Assembly: GCF_014889545.1 (NCBI RefSeq)
Contig: NZ_QKOF01000007.1
Span: 165,718 to 197,717, forward strand
Length of the DNA: 32,000 nucleotides
Reading direction: 5' to 3'
DNA from: Methanothermobacter thermautotrophicus
GTDB taxonomy: Archaea > Methanobacteriota > Methanobacteria > Methanobacteriales > Methanothermobacteraceae
The stretch's first letter is position 1; each line of letters begins with the position of its first letter. Below, in pieces: positions 8,649-14,291 of the stretch. A program made the translations under genes and the position numbers. The notes under the pieces are model-generated. The model saw only the letters and a list, made by a program, of their open reading frames with translations. It was not told the DNA's origin and searched no databases.

Positions 8649-8969
8649 ATGGATATGAAGGATGCTCCAGAAACATCAAGGACACTGGAACTCGTCCTTG
8701 GAATAATAGGTGGAATATTCGGTCTGCTTGGAGGACTTTTTGCCATTGTGTTCTCGGTGTTCGGGGCCGAGCTTCTATACCTTGGTATGAGCGCAATTCT
8801 GGCCTCGATTGTGGGTATCATCGGATCTGTTTATGTCAGGGAGAACCCCCTCAGGGGTGGTGCTGTGCTTATAATAAGTGCAGTATGGCTCCTCATAAGC
8901 ATATCCGCCTTTGCGATTCCCGGCACAGTTTTCCTTGGTATTGCAGGAGTTCTTGCCCTTGTAAGGTAG
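8649..8969 (+). CDS. Small multi-pass membrane protein (Gly-rich TM helices)
   Basis: 106-aa track ORF. GGAGGTGA at 8641..8648 favours the second ATG (8655). There are three hydrophobic segments (LVLGIIGGIFGLLGGLFAIVF, MSAILASIVGIIGSVYV, VLIISAVWLLISISAFAI...). Its last 11 codons plus stop are duplicated downstream. Confidence 0.7.
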   Translation: MDMKDAPETSRTLELVLGIIGGIFGLLGGLFAIVFSVFGAELLYLGMSAILASIVGIIGSVYVRENPLRGGAVLIISAVWLLISISAFAIPGTVFLGIAGVLALVR

Positions 8970-9032
8970 GACTCCCCGCAAAAATTTTTTCCATTGGTAT
9001 TGCAGGAGTTCTTGCCCTTGTAAGGTAGGACT
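8935..9032. repeat. Perfect 39-bp direct repeat (59-bp period) duplicating the 3' end and stop codon of the 8649..8969 gene
   Basis: ttggtattgcaggagttcttgcccttgtaaggtaggact occurs at 8935..8973 and again at 8994..9032. The flanks are similar but diverged: ttcc before each copy, and c.c..caaaa(a)ttt after each. Confidence 0.95.
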
Positions 9033-9066
9033 TCTCTACAAAATTTCTTTATGTGGAGGTATTCTA

Positions 9067-9780
9067 TTGAAATATTACAGGTTGAAATGTTCTAAGTGTG
9101 GATCAGAAAACAGTAGAGGGGCGAAATTCTGTTTAAACTGCGGATCAACTCTATCCCGTGAAGGCGGGGATAAAGGATGGTGGAAGAGGCAGAGCAGAAC
9201 CTCAAAGTTTCTTATCATCTCACCCATCGCCCTCCTCTTACTTGTCCTGGCCGTGGGTGCACTCACAGAACCATCCTATGACAGTGATGTTAATTATGAT
9301 AACGATTATGATAACGATTATGATAACGATGCTGCAAGCGTCTCAGGCGCATCCAGCATGAACACATTCTCTGAAAACGGAATATCATTCAGCTATCCAG
9401 ACACATGGGAAATCTACACACCCGATGAGAGTAGTGATGATAACGTTGTTTCCCTCAAGTCCTATCAGCAGGGCATGGCTTCAATTCTTTCCGTGTACAG
9501 GATGCCAGCCACGGGGGACCTTGAGACCGAACGCGATGCGTGTATTGAAGCCATCTCTAAAAATGGGGATGATGTAACCTATGTTAAGAAGACCACTGTG
9601 GACGGCAACAGGGCCTACATCATAGGATCCTCATACTACTATGAGGGTGATGAAGGTGAACAGGAGTACGTGGTATTCATTGAAGGGGACTATGCCTATA
9701 CTATCCTCTTTACAACCGATGACCTATCACTTATACAGGATGACATAGACAGCATAATATACAGTTTCAGGGTTGATTGA
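9067..9780 (+). CDS. Zinc-ribbon / single-TM / extracytoplasmic-domain protein
   Basis: 237-aa track ORF with a TTG start 7 nt after GGAGGT (9054..9059). It has an N-terminal CSKCGSENSRGAKFCLNCG ribbon, a TM helix FLIISPIALLLLVLAVGAL, an acidic NYDNDYDNDYDND tract, and a ~140-aa domain beginning FSYPDTWEIY (PsbP/DcrB-like impression, weak). Confidence 0.7.
   Translation: MKYYRLKCSKCGSENSRGAKFCLNCGSTLSREGGDKGWWKRQSRTSKFLIISPIALLLLVLAVGALTEPSYDSDVNYDNDYDNDYDNDAASVSGASSMNTFSENGISFSYPDTWEIYTPDESSDDNVVSLKSYQQGMASILSVYRMPATGDLETERDACIEAISKNGDDVTYVKKTTVDGNRAYIIGSSYYYEGDEGEQEYVVFIEGDYAYTILFTTDDLSLIQDDIDSIIYSFRVD
9292..9330 (+). repeat. 12-nt in-frame tandem repeat (aacgattatgat, about 3 copies) encoding (N-D-Y-D)n
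   Basis: aattatgat aacgattatgat aacgattatgat aacgat, read directly at 9292..9330 inside the 9067..9780 CDS. Confidence 0.9.
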
Positions 9781-10330
9781 GGTGTCTGATAGGACCATCC
9801 TGGTAATTGTGGCTGTCATGGTTATCCTCGCCGGGGCGGCGGTGGCACTGCAGCTCATGGACACCTGCAGCACTTCAGGTGCCGGTGACGATGTTATCAT
9901 CAAAAAAGCAGATGATGGCTACTACCTCAACCTCCAGGCCGCCCTGGAACTCGCAGAGATGGACACCGGCAATGGGACCGTGAACTACAGGAGCTTCAAC
10001 TTCACAGGACCACAGCGCCTCTACATCTACTCAAGGGCCGTGGTAATGATAGGATTCAATGACACTGGCATGATACACGTCAGGAATTACGGAGGACCGG
10101 AGGACCCCTACGGCTACCTTGACACCGCCACCCTCACAGAGAGCGAGTACCTTGACATGGCAGAGCGCACCTACACATGGATGGAATCCCATGGCAGAAG
10201 CCCCAACCATGTTGGGATCTACGTGGAGGGGTCACCTGATATAACGCCAGACCTTGCAGAGAAGATCTTCAGGGAGGTCCTCATTGAATACAGGAGGACA
10301 GGTAAACTCCCTGAGATTACAGGTGTCTGA
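9773..10330 (+). CDS. Membrane-anchored protein with C-terminal pseudomurein-binding-repeat-like motif
   Basis: 185-aa track ORF whose TTG start overlaps the upstream stop by 8 nt. It has an N-terminal TM helix ILVIVAVMVILAGAAVAL. The C-terminus LTESEYLDMAERTYTWMESHGRSPNHVGIYVEG...LIEYRRTGKLPEITGV matches my memory of the PMB repeat pattern (x-eYldmA-rv-x-ie-x-ngr-x-Pn-x-V). Confidence 0.55.
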   Translation: MIEVSDRTILVIVAVMVILAGAAVALQLMDTCSTSGAGDDVIIKKADDGYYLNLQAALELAEMDTGNGTVNYRSFNFTGPQRLYIYSRAVVMIGFNDTGMIHVRNYGGPEDPYGYLDTATLTESEYLDMAERTYTWMESHGRSPNHVGIYVEGSPDITPDLAEKIFREVLIEYRRTGKLPEITGV

Positions 10331-10447
10331 AAAACATTTCCTTATTTTTATTTCTAAGGATCTGAAATGATATCTGATAGGAGTATTCATATTCCATAAA
10401 GGAGCAATTCATAAATCAAGGCATCTGATATCGAGGGAAGCGATAAA

Positions 10448-11149
10448 TTGAAGATTAAATTGATGTTAACTCTGCTGATTTTGTTAACCCTTATCAGTGT
10501 AATCCACCCTGTGAGCCTTCTCACCCCCTCAGGGGGCAACCATGAGGCCCGGGGTGAGGTCATCGGCTCGGATGAACTTGGCACCGTTGAAAGGCTGGGG
10601 CCCTACGGTAACCATGATTCACCCATCAGGATAGCCATCATAACAGGCGTCCACCCCCTGGAGGGGGATGCCCACAGTGCCATGATACAGGCTGTGGAGG
10701 AGAACTCAGACCGCCTCAGGTACATGTACGTCATCTACCACGTGAATGTAACCCGGGACCCCTCAGACTATGAGAGGGGGAGGATGGCGGGCCAGGTACT
10801 CGCAGGAAGGTACGTGGTCCCTGACGTGTCAGCCGGGGACTACGCCCTCGCAGTTGATGTGCACTCCAACAGGGGCAACTACGCCGTGAGGAGGTTCGTA
10901 TTCACACCACTCCCTGAGGAGAGGAGCAGAGGGATAGCCATGGAACTCTCATCAAGGATCAGCTGGTTATCCTACCACTTCCCGGAGTCCCAGACAAGCC
11001 CCGCCTATGTTACGGAACCCCTGATAAGGAACGGGATACCTGCAATCCTCTACGAGAACTACATGTACCAGGACCCATCCAGGACACTTGAAGATGCCAG
11101 GGAATTCCTGATGACCCTTGACTCCATTGACGTCTCCATGTTCAACTGA
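10448..11149 (+). CDS. Secreted M14-like (HxxE...H) zinc carboxypeptidase/deacylase-fold protein
   Basis: 233-aa track ORF (TTG start; an ATG lies 5 codons in). The signal peptide is MLTLLILLTLISVIHPVSL. IAIITGVHPLEGDAHS supplies an HxxE motif and AVDVHSNRG a downstream His, as in AstE/AspA and gamma-glutamyl carboxypeptidase families. The assignment is pattern-based. Confidence 0.45.
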   Translation: MKIKLMLTLLILLTLISVIHPVSLLTPSGGNHEARGEVIGSDELGTVERLGPYGNHDSPIRIAIITGVHPLEGDAHSAMIQAVEENSDRLRYMYVIYHVNVTRDPSDYERGRMAGQVLAGRYVVPDVSAGDYALAVDVHSNRGNYAVRRFVFTPLPEERSRGIAMELSSRISWLSYHFPESQTSPAYVTEPLIRNGIPAILYENYMYQDPSRTLEDAREFLMTLDSIDVSMFN

Positions 11150-11243
11150 GAGAACAGCAACCACCAGGTCAATCATGAGGTCACCCACCTAAAGAAGAAG
11201 CACCACCAGATTAATATACGTGGTGGATGAAATATTATAGTCG

Positions 11244-11426
11244 ATGATACACTACAGAATGGACCAGCCAGAGAGGGTGAGGTGCAGTGTCTGCGGCGGC
11301 ATCGCAGAGGAGGTCGAGGAGACCTACCCCGAGGAGGGCGACTTCATCCTCTTGATCTACAGGTGCCGTGACTGCGGCCATCTCGAGAAGCGCCAGTACG
11401 GTAAACCCGTGAAGATAATTGATTGA
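11244..11426 (+). CDS. Small zinc-ribbon protein
   Basis: 60-aa track ORF with two CxxC pairs (CSVCGG ... CRDCGH). Its stop lies 9 nt before the next gene, with GGTGAT as that gene's ribosome-binding site. Confidence 0.6.
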   Translation: MIHYRMDQPERVRCSVCGGIAEEVEETYPEEGDFILLIYRCRDCGHLEKRQYGKPVKIID

Positions 11427-11435
11427 GGTGATTTA

Positions 11436-12122
11436 ATGGTTGATGTGTGCGGTGTTAATGGATACGATGAGATCTCAGGGAAACTGAAGGATCTTCTGGG
11501 CCTTGAAAAATCCCCTGTGGCAATTAAACTCGTCCTGAGGGAGGATGACCTCCCTGAGGGTGTTGAGAAGATAGAAAAACCTGCAAGGCACTGTGAAATG
11601 GTCCAGATGGCTGCAGCAGGCGAGGTGTTCTATGCCACTGCAGAGGCCCAGGCATGCAAGGGTGGTGCCGATGCCCTCGGAATCGATGAGGCCCCTGAGA
11701 AGGTCAGGACAGGGGAGTTCTACTACAACCTCGGAAGGTTTGCAAGCTTTGCATCAGCCAAGAGGACCTTCGATGGGATACCATCCATTGACCTCAAATT
11801 CTATGCAGCAGTCTACGCACCCCTGGAGAAGGCCACATTCGACCCCGACGTAATATTGATAATCTGCAACCCGGCCCAGGCCATGAAGATCTCACAGGCC
11901 CTCGTCTACACCCTCGGGGGCCGTGTGGAGGCAGACTTCTCGGGTATACAGTCACTGTGTGCAGATGCCGTTGCAGGGCCATACATGAGGAAGAGGCCAA
12001 ACATAACCATGGGCTGCAGCGGATCAAGGCAGTACGCTGGTGTAAGGGACGATGAACTCATCGTCGGCCTCAACGGTGAAAACCTGGGATGCTTTGTTAA
12101 CGCCCTTGAGGCCATAAGTTAA
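11436..12122 (+). CDS. DUF169-family protein (uncharacterised, conserved in archaea)
   Basis: 228-aa track ORF. The stretch KSPVAIKLV...PARHCEMVQMAAAGEVFYATAEAQACKGGADALGI fits the DUF169 pattern as I remember it. Confidence 0.65.
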   Translation: MVDVCGVNGYDEISGKLKDLLGLEKSPVAIKLVLREDDLPEGVEKIEKPARHCEMVQMAAAGEVFYATAEAQACKGGADALGIDEAPEKVRTGEFYYNLGRFASFASAKRTFDGIPSIDLKFYAAVYAPLEKATFDPDVILIICNPAQAMKISQALVYTLGGRVEADFSGIQSLCADAVAGPYMRKRPNITMGCSGSRQYAGVRDDELIVGLNGENLGCFVNALEAIS

Positions 12123-12141
12123 GACAATCCATGGGGATGAT

Positions 12142-12354
12142 ATGGTGGTTGAGACGAAGACCTTCAGGATCCTTGAGGATGTTGCAGACCTTGAGGAGAA
12201 GATAAGGAAGTATGAGGGTGAGGCAGACCAGGAACTTGTAATCAACTGGATCTACGACACCCTCGAGATCCTCAGGAGTGTTGGTAAACTCCTCGAGGAG
12301 GTGGAGGACCGCCTGGATTTACTTGAAGAGGAGACCGAGGAAAAGAAATTCTAG
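12142..12354 (+). CDS. Small acidic helical (coiled-coil-like) protein
   Basis: 70-aa track ORF with an ATG start 19 nt after the DUF169 stop. It is highly E/D/L-rich, and oligo-T tracts (ctattttttctg) follow the stop. Confidence 0.5.
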   Translation: MVVETKTFRILEDVADLEEKIRKYEGEADQELVINWIYDTLEILRSVGKLLEEVEDRLDLLEEETEEKKF

Positions 12355-12397
12355 GTCTCCACCTTTCTATTTTTTCTGTGAAAGATAGCATTCCATT

Positions 12398-12503
12398 GAG
12401 ATCATTCTGTATCTTTATCTACATCCCTGAAATGGTCCCTGATCCTCAAAGAGATCATTCTGTATCTTTATCTACATCCCTGAAATGGTCCCTGATCCTC
12501 AAA
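12398..12503. repeat. Perfect 53-bp tandem duplication spanning the last 15 codons plus stop of the minus-strand NTP-transferase gene
   Basis: gagatcattctgtatctttatctacatccctgaaatggtccctgatcctcaaa occurs at 12398..12450 and 12451..12503, checked base by base. The stop codon (tca on the plus strand) is at 12455..12457. Confidence 0.97.
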
Positions 12504-13171
12504 TAATCACTGTAATGGTTTATGTTAACAAGTTCAATGGGGTCAGAGGCCTCTACACCGTAGAGCCTCACACCATCCTCCAGCATCATCCAGAGGAGGG
12601 GGTTTATGTTACCATCCCCCCGGGGCAGGTACTCCCTGAGGAGATCGGCGCCTGCTGCAAGGGGCATCCCGATCCCCCTGGCACTCTCAAGCCAGCCACT
12701 CTCACCCCTCGCGAGGATTGAAACCGTGCAGGGATCAGCATGTTCAGCTATCCTCCTGAGGGTTGCAGGTGATACTGCTGGCTGGTCCCCTGCAGCGCAG
12801 AGAATTATATCTCCAGCTGCAGCCTTTACACCCCTCAGGAGTGACGAGGATAAAGGGACATCCACGGGGTCGTTTCTCACCACACGGACATCCAGACTGG
12901 AGAGGGCCTCCTCCACCTCCCCTGCCCTGTGGCCTGTCACGACTATGCACTCATCAACCCCCGCAGAGAGCACAGCCCTGACTGTAGCCTCTATGACGGT
13001 AACCCCATTGAGGGGGAGGAGGAGCTTGTGGACCGGTTCGAGGCCAAGTTCAGCCATGTCCCTCATCATCCGGCTCGCCCTGCCGGCTGCAGCAACGACA
13101 GCAGATATCACATTAACCACCCCAGGCGGGTTCAAGCCTGTATAGCCTGGCGTATATCCTTGTATTGGCAC
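12455..13171 (-). CDS. MobA/MocA-like nucleotidyltransferase (NTP_transf_3 type)
   Basis: 238-aa track ORF. The stretch ISAVVAAAGRASRM...KLLLPLNGVTVIEATVRAVLSAGVDECIVVTGHRAGEVEEAL...LCAAGDQPAVSPATLRRI fits the MobA-like L-A-A-G-x-S-x-R-M / G-D-x-P pattern. The true start is probably GTG at 13120 or 13111, beside the upstream stop within GTGGTTAATG, rather than 13171. Confidence 0.75.
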   Translation of the reverse strand: MPIQGYTPGYTGLNPPGVVNVISAVVAAAGRASRMMRDMAELGLEPVHKLLLPLNGVTVIEATVRAVLSAGVDECIVVTGHRAGEVEEALSSLDVRVVRNDPVDVPLSSSLLRGVKAAAGDIILCAAGDQPAVSPATLRRIAEHADPCTVSILARGESGWLESARGIGMPLAAGADLLREYLPRGDGNINPLLWMMLEDGVRLYGVEASDPIELVNINHYSDYLRIRDHFRDVDKDTE

Positions 13172-14291
13172 CTGAACCCGTCGTCCACATCTCTATGAGT
13201 ACCGGGTATTCCCCTGTGTTCCGGACCTTTATACCCGTTGCCGGGTTGAAGCCGAAGAGGACCGCATGGAACTCCCAGGTCATACCCCTCGGAAGGGGCA
13301 TGCCAGCTGAGGTCACGATGGCCCTCAGTGCCCTTGCAGGGGGGCATGAACCATGGGATGCATAACCGCCGGGGGCTTCAGGATCCCTTGATGCCGTGAA
13401 TCTCACGGTCTCCTTACCAGAGGCCTCACTACCCGGAGGGATTATTGTTCCATTCCAGGCCTCTGCGAAGGCCCTCGCATTGAAGGCCCTCTTATTATCA
13501 TCATACTCCGGGTAGGATCCAAGGAAACTCACTGCACTGGATACCAGGACCCGCCGGCTATCATCGGTGTAGACCATCACAGGGGATCCTGATGGGTAGT
13601 TCTCCATGTACTCGAGCGCAGAAGCGCCAAAGAGTTCCTCTATCATCCCTGGCGGGACAGGAAGCCTTCCATCACTGAAATTTGAGAGCTGATAGTCCAG
13701 CGTAATCCTGTCACCCTCATCGGCCCTCCTGTACCATCTCTTTATCCTGTCAATCGATTTGTATCTGTGGGGGACTGTGCTGTTGCTTATGCTCCCTGCC
13801 GGTACAAAACGGACCCTCTTTCCATTTTCAACTATCTCCAAACCATCCTTCCTTTTAACCCCATAGGTGTAGGGTGTCTTGTAGGCCCAGAGGAAGGTGG
13901 GGGGCTCCTCCACCACGAGCCTCCCACCCTGGACCCTGAGGGACCCTGGACCGCTGACAGTGGACCTGCCACTGGCATCCACACCCTCTGTCATCTCAGA
14001 TATGGGGACGTGTACAGTCCCTGTCAGGATGGCCTGGATGAGGTTTGATGGGTTGAGGTAGTTGAACTCGTCAAGTATGTAGTCGGGGTGGAGTATGAGT
14101 GGCACGCTCCTAACCCTGGACTCATCGATGACATCCTGGCCCTCGAGCACGGTACTCCCCATGGGAAGTGCCGCTATCTCCTCAGGGTCCTGTGGTTCAA
14201 CCCTTCCCTCAAGGTACCATCCAGCAGCCGCCGCTAGTGCAACCAGAACAATTAAAAGGATCAGGTGTTTACCTGATAGCTTCCTCACCAT
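13113..14291 (-). CDS. N-terminally anchored extracytoplasmic protein with VanW-like C-terminal domain
   Basis: 392-aa track ORF with the TM helix HLILLIVLVALAAAAGWYL. The C-terminal region GTIIPPGSEAS...GGYASHGSCPPARALRAIVTSAGMPL...GIKVRNTGEYPVLIEMWTTGSGANTRIYARLY parallels the VanW pattern (PGeefS ... GGGvCQvSttLYnA ... F-x-N-x-t-x-yPvlI ... v-x-iyG). GGAGAGGGGGG lies upstream of the ATG, and the start overlaps the upstream gene by 23 nt. Confidence 0.5.
   Translation of the reverse strand: MVRKLSGKHLILLIVLVALAAAAGWYLEGRVEPQDPEEIAALPMGSTVLEGQDVIDESRVRSVPLILHPDYILDEFNYLNPSNLIQAILTGTVHVPISEMTEGVDASGRSTVSGPGSLRVQGGRLVVEEPPTFLWAYKTPYTYGVKRKDGLEIVENGKRVRFVPAGSISNSTVPHRYKSIDRIKRWYRRADEGDRITLDYQLSNFSDGRLPVPPGMIEELFGASALEYMENYPSGSPVMVYTDDSRRVLVSSAVSFLGSYPEYDDNKRAFNARAFAEAWNGTIIPPGSEASGKETVRFTASRDPEAPGGYASHGSCPPARALRAIVTSAGMPLPRGMTWEFHAVLFGFNPATGIKVRNTGEYPVLIEMWTTGSGANTRIYARLYRLEPAWGG

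Noticed and set aside
8639-9028. 129-aa alternative-frame ORF ending in the second repeat copy
   Set aside because: It is out of frame with the clearly membrane-protein-like 8649..8969 ORF. Its composition is Arg/Cys/Trp-rich and unlike a real protein. Its shared C-terminal peptide is simply a consequence of the 59-bp duplication.
11158-11218. Weak direct repeats (c/a)accaccag-x-t-x-aat after the 10448..11149 gene, and ttcaatt(t)a-x-t-x-gatg twice at 22721..22756 after the OFOR beta gene, as further 3'-end duplications
   Set aside because: They share only ~8-13 matching bases each, which is too short and degenerate to distinguish from chance in AT-rich spacers.
13121-13140. tRNA T-arm-like sequence caggcGGGTTCAAgcctg
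   Set aside because: It lies inside overlapping coding sequence at the VanW-like/NTP-transferase junction. The loop length is wrong for a T-loop, and no acceptor or anticodon arms could be built around it.
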